Shown: in pieces, positions 8,805 through 16,629 of the stretch
How the letters are laid out: every line of letters starts with the position of its first letter
Position numbering within the stretch: the stretch's first letter is position 1
Source of the DNA: an uncultured Gammaproteobacteria bacterium
GTDB taxonomy: Bacteria > Patescibacteriota > Patescibacteriia > UBA9934 > CAZDDW01
NCBI GenBank assembly: GCA_965231015.1
Contig: OZ246408.1
Location: 620,115 to 684,114 of the forward strand
DNA length: 64,000 bases
Reading direction: 5' to 3'
Program-made: the position numbers and the translations under genes
The notes under the pieces: model-generated
Told to the model about the DNA's origin: nothing
The model's input: only the letters and a program-made list of their open reading frames with translations
The model's database searches: none

Positions 8805-9059
8805 CTAGTAATCAGGGTCATATGACCGTAGTTCATGTTTCACCCGACGCAGGCGCGCGCTTAGAATTGCCCGTTCAGCTCGCGCTTTTTTGAGTTGTTG
8901 GTTGAGACTGATCCTGTCGATCAACCGAGGATTACGACTTCGCTCCAACTTCTGGAGATCTCGTTGTATGCCGCGAATCTCCGCGTCTTTGTTGCCGATT
9001 TTTCGTTGAAGCGAAGTCACTTCGGTTTTTACAACCTTGCGCTCCGCTTGCTTGCCCAA
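8805..9059 (-). CDS. Small basic coiled-coil protein (84 aa) in a mildly GC-rich cassette
   Basis: Very strong SD AGGAGGGAGGTG, a 5-nt spacer, then a TTG start. The protein is (M)GKQAERKVVKTEVTSLQRKIGNKDAEIRGIQRDLQKLERSRNPRLID..., with heptad-like periodicity and no family recognised. Confidence 0.45.
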   Translation of the reverse strand: MGKQAERKVVKTEVTSLQRKIGNKDAEIRGIQRDLQKLERSRNPRLIDRISLNQQLKKARAERAILSARLRRVKHELRSYDPDY

Positions 9060-9105
9060 GCATCACCTCCCTCCTATTTTACGTACTTTTACCGTACCAT
9101 AATTC

Positions 9106-9134
9106 TTGACTTTTTGGCCAATTTAAGGTATGGT
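9106..9134 (+). promoter_or_regulatory. Sigma70-like promoter TTGACT-17-TATGGT for folD (near-leaderless)
   Basis: TTGACT at 9106-9111, a 17-nt spacer, and TATGGT at 9129-9134. The folD ATG at 9145 is only ~10 nt from the -10 element and has no SD. Confidence 0.35.
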
Positions 9135-9144
9135 TTGGCTTGTT

Positions 9145-9966
9145 ATGGCAAAAATCATTGATGGAAAAAATTTGGCCTCCGAGATTCGCTCGGAAATAAA
9201 AACACGAATTGCCTCTAGTGGGATCCGTCCGGGTCTGGCCGTTCTTTTAGTTGGTTCTGATCCAGCGTCTCATTGTTATGTCGGAATCAAAGAAAAAGCC
9301 TGCGCTGAAGTCGGAATCAATTCAGAAAAATATCTATATTTTGCCAGTGAACCTGAAGAAAAACTAATTGAAAAAATAAAGGAACTGAACTCTCGAAATG
9401 ATATCAACGGAATCCTGGTTCAACTCCCATTACCTAATCAAAACAAGGACAAAGTCATTGCCGCCATTGATCCGGCTAAAGATGTTGATGGTTTTCACCC
9501 TGATAATTTATCTAAACTGGATTCAGACGAACCACACATGATTTCCCCGGTCGCCCTTGGGGTTATGAAGATGATTGAATCAACCGGTCGACCGATTACC
9601 AAGTCACGAGCTGTATTTATTGGGTCCAATCTTTTTGCCAAACCAATCGCCCACTTACTCCAAGAGCACGACGTTGAACTCGAGACAGTTGATCGAAATT
9701 CACCAAATCTTGAGCTGAAAACCCAAAAGGCAGATATTCTAATTGTCGCGGCCGGCCGGCCGAACCTTATCAAGGGCAACATGCTAAAACCGGGAGCAAT
9801 CGTAATTGATATCGGCACTACGAAAGTTGACGGCAGGATTGTCGGAGATGTTGAGTTTAGCTCTGCTGAGCCGGTTGCTGGCTGGCTGAGCCCGGTTCCT
9901 GGTGGGGTTGGACCAATGACCGTGGCTTATCTACTGGTAAACGTCCTGAAAGCGACTAAAAAATAA
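9145..9966 (+). CDS. folD: Bifunctional methylenetetrahydrofolate dehydrogenase/cyclohydrolase
   Basis: MAKIIDGKNLASEIRSEIKTRIAS...ILVQLPLP...GGVGPMTVAYLL, the canonical FolD domains. The start is placed at the ATG at 9145; the track ORF begins upstream in frame. Confidence 0.9.
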   Translation: MAKIIDGKNLASEIRSEIKTRIASSGIRPGLAVLLVGSDPASHCYVGIKEKACAEVGINSEKYLYFASEPEEKLIEKIKELNSRNDINGILVQLPLPNQNKDKVIAAIDPAKDVDGFHPDNLSKLDSDEPHMISPVALGVMKMIESTGRPITKSRAVFIGSNLFAKPIAHLLQEHDVELETVDRNSPNLELKTQKADILIVAAGRPNLIKGNMLKPGAIVIDIGTTKVDGRIVGDVEFSSAEPVAGWLSPVPGGVGPMTVAYLLVNVLKATKK

Positions 9967-9976
9967 ATAAACAAAA

Positions 9977-10018
9977 AATGACTGCCGAAAATATCGAGAG
10001 TCATTTTGTTTTTTTGTG
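9977..10018. terminator. Intrinsic terminator after folD (convergent with the permease gene)
   Basis: AATGACT/AGTCATT stem enclosing GCCGAAAATATCGAG, then TTTGTTTTTTTGTG. Confidence 0.55.
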
Positions 10019-10030
10019 ATGTTTAATATG

Positions 10031-11215
10031 TTATCCAAAAATCGAAAACCCAATTTCAGCTAAAGCCCCGGCAATAAACACAAAAGCAATAACGGCCAAA
10101 ATCCACATTGGAACCCTGAATACACTCTTGCGTTTCTTCATCTTTTTAAGCATGTTCGAATAGATGGCAATAATAACAACTGCAGTGGCTGAACCAAAAA
10201 CCGCACCTGTAAACGAAATTACGGTTATAAACTCGCGCAGTCCAAGGAAAAACAACAATCCGGGAACACCGATCGTTAGCGCCCAAGCCAACGTGTTTTT
10301 CATTTTGAAATCAAACAATAGAGTGTCTTTTACTTCAATCCCGGCCACCATAAAGACAGAGATAAGCGTGATTGATCCAAGCAACGATCCAAGCACAGCA
10401 ATGGTTGGACCAAGCGCCACCCCTAGCCCGGACAACGCATCATCTGTAATCAAATTACCGCTAGCACCCATAACCACAACCGCAAAAGCGATGTACAGCA
10501 ACAAAATCACACTCATGGTAATAATCACCGCTGGAAACATTTTTCGCTCGTGTTTTTCACCAAGAATATCGTGCATTTCCGGAGTGATACCAAGTCCGGC
10601 CATGGCAAAAAGAATCACCCCATACGGCAGTAAAACCTTATCCCAATTTACACTCATCAGGTGTGCAGTATCAACATGAGGAACCCCGGCTACAATAATG
10701 ACCCCAAACAAAAACAATAACAATAGCACAATGGCTGTTTCAGCCCGGGCAATAAACTTAAGTCCAAACCATAAAAATATGGCCTCAACTACAAAAAAGA
10801 CAGCACTATAAATAAAGGGTTCACCGCCAAAGATTGGTCCCAGCAACAACCACAAAAATTGACCGGCAATAATAACATAAGCCACCATGGCACCCCACAC
10901 CGTTCCAAACATTAAAGCAGTAGCCAACCATTTCCATTTTGTTCCAAGATACTTTTTAGCTAAACCACCCAGTCGACAATGGCCGGGAGTCTGAATCGTG
11001 ATTTCGGCATACAGCATCTGCAAAACAATCAGCAACGCTCCAATCAACAAGATCTCAACCAGCCCGATCCAAAAACCAGATTGAGCAAAAGCATACGGAA
11101 TACCAAATACTCCGGTACCAACAATAGCTCCGAACATGGCGGCCATGGCACGAATCTGTTTTTTATTTCCTTCGGTCATAACAAAGCTCATTATAACATA
11201 AAATCGCCTCAACAA
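10031..11215 (-). CDS. Amino-acid permease-like polytopic membrane transporter
   Basis: 394 aa with ~11 predicted TM helices. The GAIVGTGVFGIPYAF motif resembles the Trp/Tyr permease (HAAAP/APC) family. Substrate unknown. Confidence 0.6.
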   Translation of the reverse strand: MLRRFYVIMSFVMTEGNKKQIRAMAAMFGAIVGTGVFGIPYAFAQSGFWIGLVEILLIGALLIVLQMLYAEITIQTPGHCRLGGLAKKYLGTKWKWLATALMFGTVWGAMVAYVIIAGQFLWLLLGPIFGGEPFIYSAVFFVVEAIFLWFGLKFIARAETAIVLLLLFLFGVIIVAGVPHVDTAHLMSVNWDKVLLPYGVILFAMAGLGITPEMHDILGEKHERKMFPAVIITMSVILLLYIAFAVVVMGASGNLITDDALSGLGVALGPTIAVLGSLLGSITLISVFMVAGIEVKDTLLFDFKMKNTLAWALTIGVPGLLFFLGLREFITVISFTGAVFGSATAVVIIAIYSNMLKKMKKRKSVFRVPMWILAVIAFVFIAGALAEIGFSIFG

Positions 11216-11237
11216 GAGGCGATTTTATTCAGACCAA

Positions 11238-11801
11238 CTACATTTCAAAATCAAAACCCTCTAAATCCATTCCTTCAAACATGTCCTCGAACATTTGATC
11301 CATGTCACACACTTTTCCATCCGGCTTTAGCAAGCTGTTGTTAAATTTTTCACGATCACAATCAACCTTATACATAGCATTATCTTCGTACTGGGTGTAA
11401 TCGAATTCTTCCATGTCCTCTGATACTTCACCGTCTCCTTCTTCATAATATTCTTCAGTAGAAACAAACCAATCACATTCATCTGAACCCATCATGCTAC
11501 CAGAAGTGTAAAGTTTATCTCCGTTTTGGATAAAAACCGAGGTCATACCACCAAAATCAACCTCACCACGCATATCATCTCCCTTGATCCAATAGGTTGT
11601 TTCCATGCTTTCACTCTCATCATCTTCGGCAATAGTGACTCGACAAATAACTTCTTGACCTGAAGAAATAGCATCACTAATCTTGCCAAACTCAGCCTCA
11701 GCCGAACCAGCCGGAGCTTTTGACTGACCACAACCAGCACCGGTCAATACCAGTACCGCTATAATTGCAGTAATCGAAAAAACAAATCTCCGTTTTTGCA
11801 T
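11238..11801 (-). CDS. Hypothetical acidic lipoprotein (187 aa)
   Basis: Signal peptide with lipobox: MQKRRFVFSITAIIAVLVLTGAGCGQ. The C-terminus is highly acidic (EDMFEGMDLEGFDFEM). Confidence 0.55.
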   Translation of the reverse strand: MQKRRFVFSITAIIAVLVLTGAGCGQSKAPAGSAEAEFGKISDAISSGQEVICRVTIAEDDESESMETTYWIKGDDMRGEVDFGGMTSVFIQNGDKLYTSGSMMGSDECDWFVSTEEYYEEGDGEVSEDMEEFDYTQYEDNAMYKVDCDREKFNNSLLKPDGKVCDMDQMFEDMFEGMDLEGFDFEM

Positions 11802-11818
11802 ATTGATATTTTCAATAT

Positions 11819-12247
11819 TTATTCAAATTTTATATAACACTTATTTTCCAGATAACACCGCACTCCGCGACGCGAAGCATCAAAGTGAGGTTCTGGCAAT
11901 TCTTTCGGATCAACCCAAAGCCACTCTTCACACTTTTCCGGTTCCATTATCTTGAGTTCCTTTTTGTAGCTTCGAGCCAATAACACGACCGAGATGTAAT
12001 GCAAACCACATTCTTTGTGTGTTTCAAGGTTATTTGTTACCGCAATCACTTCCGGGTTTTCAATATCTAAATCTGTCTCCTCTTTGATTTCCCGAACCGC
12101 CCCATCTTCAAACTTTTCCCCCATTTCCAGGTGACCCCCAGGAATCGAATAATACGGCGCGTGAGCATTAATCCGCTTCCCTATCAAAATATTCCCCTCC
12201 TCATTCACAATTATCACTCCTAAGCCAACTTTGGGACACTCAGACAT
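11819..12247 (-). CDS. NUDIX hydrolase (MutT-like)
   Basis: 142 aa containing the Nudix box GGHLEMGEKFEDGAVREIKEETDL. Confidence 0.8.
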   Translation of the reverse strand: MSECPKVGLGVIIVNEEGNILIGKRINAHAPYYSIPGGHLEMGEKFEDGAVREIKEETDLDIENPEVIAVTNNLETHKECGLHYISVVLLARSYKKELKIMEPEKCEEWLWVDPKELPEPHFDASRRGVRCYLENKCYIKFE

Positions 12248-12289
12248 TTTTTTACATTAATTGTGGATATTATAGCACAAAAATCGTGG

Positions 12290-12720
12290 AGGTATAACTG
12301 ACTTAAAACAGAGGCCGTGTTAAAGATCAGTCATCGAAAAAAAACTGAAGGAGAATAGCATGAACGAACAACGGTAAAATCCTTCTGAACAACTGACCGC
12401 CAACCCATGGGCGATGCCGTTTCGTTTCGCGATCACGAGTGTATGCCACGCTGTCTGTGTGTGGGCCTGCATCAATCTCGGTTTTCGGAACCATGGTTGG
12501 TGATTCCTATTGGCCGGCGTCGCTGCATCCTTCGTGGGTCGTGCATACGTCAGCCATCGAGCAACACAACTGATCACCGAGCTCAAGGCCACACCACCCA
12601 GCCCCCCCTACGTCATCGGCACCTTCTGCTCAATCGATCTATTGCCTTCTCAGAGTAGATCTGTCTCGACCACACCCGATCCACCCCTACTCCGGGGAGT
12701 TATGTTTCTGTAGAAGAATA
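12290..12720. other. GC-rich ~430-bp element B with ambiguous coding potential (candidate structured ncRNA or decayed insertion)
   Basis: GC is markedly above the flanks. All three track ORFs (12320..12592 -, 12407..12658 +, 12510..12713 +) overlap and look non-protein-like. A long-range inverted repeat CCAACCCATGG (~12401) / CCATGGTTGG (~12491) is present. A tiny SD-led ORF, GAAGGAGAAtagcATGAACGAACAACGGTAA, sits at the 5' end. Confidence 0.3.
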
Positions 12721-12883
12721 TTTTACTTGTTAATTTAGTTAAATGAACAATTAATTCAATAACAAAAAATCCTCTGTGATTATTTTAATAATCGAATTTG
12801 GGGAGTCTTATTTTCACTGATTTGACCACAAAAATACGTGTATGTCAAGTGGAAAACCGTCATTTCTAGCCCTGTTGATAAGT

Positions 12884-12950
12884 TTGTCCTTCTAGGGTAA
12901 GATAAACGGGCTAATATGCCCGGCAGGACAACTTTGAATTTGTGTTTGTC
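12884..12950 (+). terminator. Nested hairpin with T-rich tail (terminator-like or small RNA element) upstream of dnaB
   Basis: TTGTCCT (12884-12890) pairs with AGGACAA (12925-12931), enclosing an inner hairpin CGGGC-TAATAT-GCCCG. CTTTGAATTTGTGTTTG follows. Confidence 0.3.
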
Positions 12951-13044
12951 GTGCAAAATTAGACGTCCGCCAAGAAAATTTAAAAATTTGTTGGTTTTAC
13001 GCGATCTGCTTAACTAATTCTAACGATATAAATTCAAAGCTGTA

Positions 13045-14544
13045 ATGCCGGATATGAGTCAAAACGAACGAATTCCACCGCAAAATATTGAAGCCGAGCA
13101 ATCTTTACTTGGATCACTTTTAATTGATAAAGATGCCATTATTCGAATCGGTGACACTCTTCAGGTGAACGATTTTTATAAAGATTCACATCAAAAAATT
13201 TACGAAGCCATCACTTATCTTTTTGCCAGACATGAACCAATTGATATTTTGTCTGTGGGAAACCGTTTAGAAGAACAAGGTATCTTGGATAAGGTGGGCG
13301 GCCGTTCGTACCTTGTGGAACTGTCCAACGCAGTCCCCACCTCAATGCACGCTCATCATTACGCCAACATTATTCAAAAGAAAGCCACCCTGCGCCGGCT
13401 GATTAACTCGGCTTCCGAAATTACAGCCATGGGTTTTGAAGAGGCAGATGATGTTGAGGCGACTCTGGACAAGGCTGAACAAAGTTTGTTTTCTGTTTCA
13501 CAAAAATATCTCAAACAGGCTTTTACTTCAATTAGAAATGTTTTGTCTGACGCCTTTGAACGTATCGATGAACTGCACAAGGAACGTGGCAAGCTGCGCG
13601 GCATTTCAACCGGATACAAAGAACTTGATAATCTGCTTGGTGGACTTCAACGCTCGGACTTGATTATTTTAGCGGCTCGACCATCGGTTGGTAAGACCTC
13701 TTTTGCTCTAGACATTGCGCGCAATGCCGCAACCAAGACCAAGCTACCGGTCGGACTATTCTCGCTGGAAATGAGTAAAGAACAACTGACCGATCGTTTA
13801 ATTTGTGCTGAAGCCAACGTTGATCTTTGGAAGCTCCGGACCGGACGCTTGAGTGACCGTGATGACGACTTCCCTCGTATTGGTCAGGCTCTTGGAACCT
13901 TGTCTGAAGCTCCGATATTTATCGATGACACCCCCGGTGCCAACATTATGGAAATCAGGACCAAAGCTCGCCGCTTGCAAACTGAACACGGTCTTGGTTT
14001 GATTGTGATTGATTATTTACAACTTATGGAGGGTCGGACCGGCAACTCTGATAACCGAGTTCAGGAAATGTCTGAAATTTCGCGTGCTCTAAAAGGAATC
14101 GCTCGCGAGTTGAATGTCCCGGTGTTGGCTCTCTCCCAGCTCAACCGTGCCGTTGAAATGAATAAGCCGGCTATTCCACGTTTAGCCCACCTTCGTGAGT
14201 CCGGTTCTATTGAACAAGACGCTGATGTGGTAATGTTTATCTACCGAAAAGCCGCTGACAGAAACTACAACCTGGAAGACCTGTCTCCAGAAGAAAAACG
14301 TTTGGCTGAAATCCATATTGGTAAACATCGTAATGGACCCACGGGAATGGTTAAACTGTTATTTGATGCTAAACGAGCCAGTTTCCGTTCGCTCGATCGC
14401 GTCCGTCAAGCTCCATCTGGTGCTCCGCCACCTCCTGGAAAAGATCAAGCGAACCCAGCTGAAGCGAAAAATAAATCTGATAACTCAAATGAAGTCGCAC
14501 CTCCCCCTGTAGGAGCGGTCGACTCTAAAAAAGTACCATTTTAA
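13045..14544 (+). CDS. dnaB: Replicative DNA helicase DnaB
   Basis: 499 aa with the DnaB N-terminal domain (NIEAEQSLLGSLL), a RecA-like core (Walker A AARPSVGKTSFAL, Walker B LIVIDYLQLM), and a ~60-aa Pro/Lys-rich C-terminal extension. Confidence 0.9.
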   Translation: MPDMSQNERIPPQNIEAEQSLLGSLLIDKDAIIRIGDTLQVNDFYKDSHQKIYEAITYLFARHEPIDILSVGNRLEEQGILDKVGGRSYLVELSNAVPTSMHAHHYANIIQKKATLRRLINSASEITAMGFEEADDVEATLDKAEQSLFSVSQKYLKQAFTSIRNVLSDAFERIDELHKERGKLRGISTGYKELDNLLGGLQRSDLIILAARPSVGKTSFALDIARNAATKTKLPVGLFSLEMSKEQLTDRLICAEANVDLWKLRTGRLSDRDDDFPRIGQALGTLSEAPIFIDDTPGANIMEIRTKARRLQTEHGLGLIVIDYLQLMEGRTGNSDNRVQEMSEISRALKGIARELNVPVLALSQLNRAVEMNKPAIPRLAHLRESGSIEQDADVVMFIYRKAADRNYNLEDLSPEEKRLAEIHIGKHRNGPTGMVKLLFDAKRASFRSLDRVRQAPSGAPPPPGKDQANPAEAKNKSDNSNEVAPPPVGAVDSKKVPF

Positions 14545-14547
14545 CTT

Positions 14548-14847
14548 ATGTTTCAAAAAATAAAAGCCGTTAAAGACCTGCGCAGTCAGGCCAAGGAAAT
14601 GCAAAACGCCATGTCCGAAATCACCGAGGTTGGTGAAGCGGCCTGGGGAAAAGTCAAGATTACTATCGATGGAAACCAGAACATCACCAATGTTGAAATT
14701 GATGAATCCATAATGGACAACCGGGAGAAACTACAAGAAGAGATCATGAACGCGTTTAATAATGGGTTAAAGAAAATTCAGAAAAAGATGGCCGGTAAAA
14801 TGAAAGAGATGGGTGGACTGGACGCACTCAAGAACTTCGATCTATAA
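14548..14847 (+). CDS. ybaB: Nucleoid-associated protein YbaB/EbfC
   Basis: 99 aa with a YbaB-type coiled coil. It lies immediately upstream of recR, the conserved ybaB-recR arrangement. Confidence 0.8.
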   Translation: MFQKIKAVKDLRSQAKEMQNAMSEITEVGEAAWGKVKITIDGNQNITNVEIDESIMDNREKLQEEIMNAFNNGLKKIQKKMAGKMKEMGGLDALKNFDL

Positions 14848-14850
14848 ACC

Positions 14851-15453
14851 ATGCGCAAGTTTCCTGAACCAATTGAAAACCTGGTTGCGGCGTTTGCCCG
14901 ACTGCCTGGCGTAGGGCCAAAAACGGCTCTGCGCTATGTTTTCTATTTATTGCGTTCGCCTCAGGGTGACATCGAATCATTCTCTCGAGCCTTACTTGAC
15001 CTGGCCAAAAATATAAAAGTTTGTGACACCTGTTTTACTTACACGACCGAGAATCGCTGTCACATTTGCTCGGACACTAAACGGTCAAGCTCGAGTCTTT
15101 GTGTAGTGGCAGAACCTCGAGATATTGCAACCATAGAGGCCACAAAACAGTTTGATGGGTTTTACCATGTGATCGGTGGAACACTTAACCCAATCGAGGG
15201 GGTTACTCCGGAAGTTTTGAACATTAAGCCTCTACTCGACCGCCTCGAAACCAATCCAGAGATTAAAGAAGTGATCCTGGCTTTTTCTCCTGACGTCCAA
15301 GGTGAGACCACAATTTTATATCTGACCAAACACATTAAACCTTTGGGCCGAAAAGTTACAAGACTCGCTCGCGGCCTGCCGCTCGGGGCAGACCTTGAGT
15401 TCGCAGACGAAATAACACTCGGCGACGCTATATCCGGCAGAAGAGAGACATAA
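14851..15453 (+). CDS. recR: Recombination protein RecR
   Basis: 200 aa with HhH (LPGVGPKTALRYVFYLL), a C4 zinc finger (CDTCFTYT...CHICSD), and Toprim. Confidence 0.9.
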   Translation: MRKFPEPIENLVAAFARLPGVGPKTALRYVFYLLRSPQGDIESFSRALLDLAKNIKVCDTCFTYTTENRCHICSDTKRSSSSLCVVAEPRDIATIEATKQFDGFYHVIGGTLNPIEGVTPEVLNIKPLLDRLETNPEIKEVILAFSPDVQGETTILYLTKHIKPLGRKVTRLARGLPLGADLEFADEITLGDAISGRRET

Positions 15454-15478
15454 AACGAGCTAGCAAGGCTCGTTTTCG
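15454..15478 (+). terminator. Intrinsic terminator after recR
   Basis: AACGAGC-TAGCAAG-GCTCGTT hairpin followed by TTTCG. Confidence 0.5.
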
Positions 15479-15479
15479 A

Positions 15480-15508
15480 TTGACACGACCTACTTTATTT
15501 GATAAGAA
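15480..15508 (+). promoter_or_regulatory. Consensus sigma70 promoter TTGACA-17-TAAGAA of GC-rich cassette C
   Basis: TTGACA at 15480-15485, an exact 17-nt spacer, and TAAGAA at 15503-15508. SD GAGGAGGAGG at 15510-15519 and ATG at 15525 follow. Confidence 0.5.
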
Positions 15509-15524
15509 CGAGGAGGAGGTGCCC

Positions 15525-15869
15525 ATGTCCGTCGAAGACAAGCTCCTGCCTGGACACTTGGCGATAATGCGAATGATCGAGATCACGGTTCGCAACTCGA
15601 CCAAGACGCCAAAGCCCAGCAAGCAAGATCTCGCCAAGACTCCTGCTGTGCTGAACGCTCTGTTCCAAACCCTTCTCATGTGCAACATCCCGAAGGACGA
15701 CCTGAAGATCGTGATCGGTCGAAGCCGTAACGCCATCAGCAACATGCGCCCCGAAGTCGACACCAAGAGACTGTTCAAAATTACCAAGGAACTTGAAGCG
15801 CGCTCGAGCATCCGGCACCGCACCAAGGAAATCATCCGTGGGACAATTAGCCGCATCACCGGAAGGTAA
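15525..15869 (+). CDS. Hypothetical protein (114 aa), cassette C gene 1
   Basis: ATG 5 nt after GAGGAGGAGG. The protein is MSVEDKLLPGHLAIMRMIEITVRNSTKTPKPSKQDL...; the region is GC-rich and no family was recognised. The track ORF 15480.. includes the untranslated promoter. Confidence 0.55.
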   Translation: MSVEDKLLPGHLAIMRMIEITVRNSTKTPKPSKQDLAKTPAVLNALFQTLLMCNIPKDDLKIVIGRSRNAISNMRPEVDTKRLFKITKELEARSSIRHRTKEIIRGTISRITGR

Positions 15870-15887
15870 TGAGGAAGGACTGGGTCA

Positions 15888-16178
15888 ATGAATTCGATCT
15901 ATGCTGAACTCGTAGAAACATACCTGCTGAACCAGATCAGCACCGCCAAGGGACTCATTGATTCGGACAACGCCTACTCCAATCTCGGAAGGCTGCTTGG
16001 CCGGATCGATGGAGCCGCGGCGACCTTGTTTCTCATCTGGCCCGAACTTGACCAAGAGACCCGGCGAAAAACCATCCTGGCTCTTGAGGAAGGTACCAAG
16101 ATCAAGGGAGGCCAGTTCTCACCTCTGCGCGATCTTTGCCAAGCTCACCACAACAAGCTCTCCAAGATCATCTTCTAA
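15888..16178 (+). CDS. Hypothetical protein (96 aa), cassette C gene 2
   Basis: SD GAGGAAGGA at 15871-15879 and ATG at 15888. The protein is MNSIYAELVETYLLNQISTAKGLIDSDNAYSNLGRLLGRIDGAAATLFLIWPELDQETRRK..., with no family recognised. Confidence 0.55.
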   Translation: MNSIYAELVETYLLNQISTAKGLIDSDNAYSNLGRLLGRIDGAAATLFLIWPELDQETRRKTILALEEGTKIKGGQFSPLRDLCQAHHNKLSKIIF

Positions 16179-16214
16179 CCAGAGAGAGTCATCAAGCAGC
16201 GTATACAAATTCCG

Positions 16215-16252
16215 AGCGGAACCCACCCAGGATCCCGCTCTTTTTTTATTTT
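16215..16252 (+). terminator. Intrinsic terminator of cassette C
   Basis: GAGCGG (16215-16220) pairs with CCGCTC (16235-16240), followed by TTTTTTTATTTT. The minus-strand neighbour's TAA stop falls inside the T-tract. Confidence 0.65.
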
Positions 16253-16629
16253 GCCAGATGTTCTTTTATTAATTCAATGTCTTGTTTGTCTTTTTCGCGC
16301 CCGAATCTACGTTTCCATTCGAGCACATGTTCAAGTCTTACATAAGGCCAACCATCAATCGTTTCAGCAGTTGAAATTAATTCTGCCTCATTTTCAAGCC
16401 ATGGCTGCCAGTTCCAAAAGATATCCACATCACCTACCACGATTTGCCCTTTTTCTTCATCAGTAATTCCATATTTTTTTGCGAGCTGATCCCACACCTC
16501 CTTTTTTACCAAAATATCCAAATCCCCCGGCTTTTTTAATCCACGAACAGCCATGGGTCCACTGCCAAAAATCGCAAACGAACCTTCGGGCAGATTAAGT
16601 TGTTTTAATTGATCAAGTAACTCGTTCAT
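16246..16629 (-). CDS. Small nucleotidyltransferase-domain protein (127 aa)
   Basis: GS...D.D minimal NTase signature (FAIFGSGPMAVRGLKKPGDLDILV). It overlaps the upstream cca gene by 4 nt. Confidence 0.5.
   Translation of the reverse strand: MNELLDQLKQLNLPEGSFAIFGSGPMAVRGLKKPGDLDILVKKEVWDQLAKKYGITDEEKGQIVVGDVDIFWNWQPWLENEAELISTAETIDGWPYVRLEHVLEWKRRFGREKDKQDIELIKEHLAK

Noticed and set aside
12720-13044. AT-rich 325-bp region upstream of dnaB as a replication origin
   Set aside because: Only a single imperfect DnaA-like box (TGTGGATAT near 12266) was seen and there is no dnaA gene. The evidence is insufficient, and only the hairpin element at 12884-12950 was recorded.
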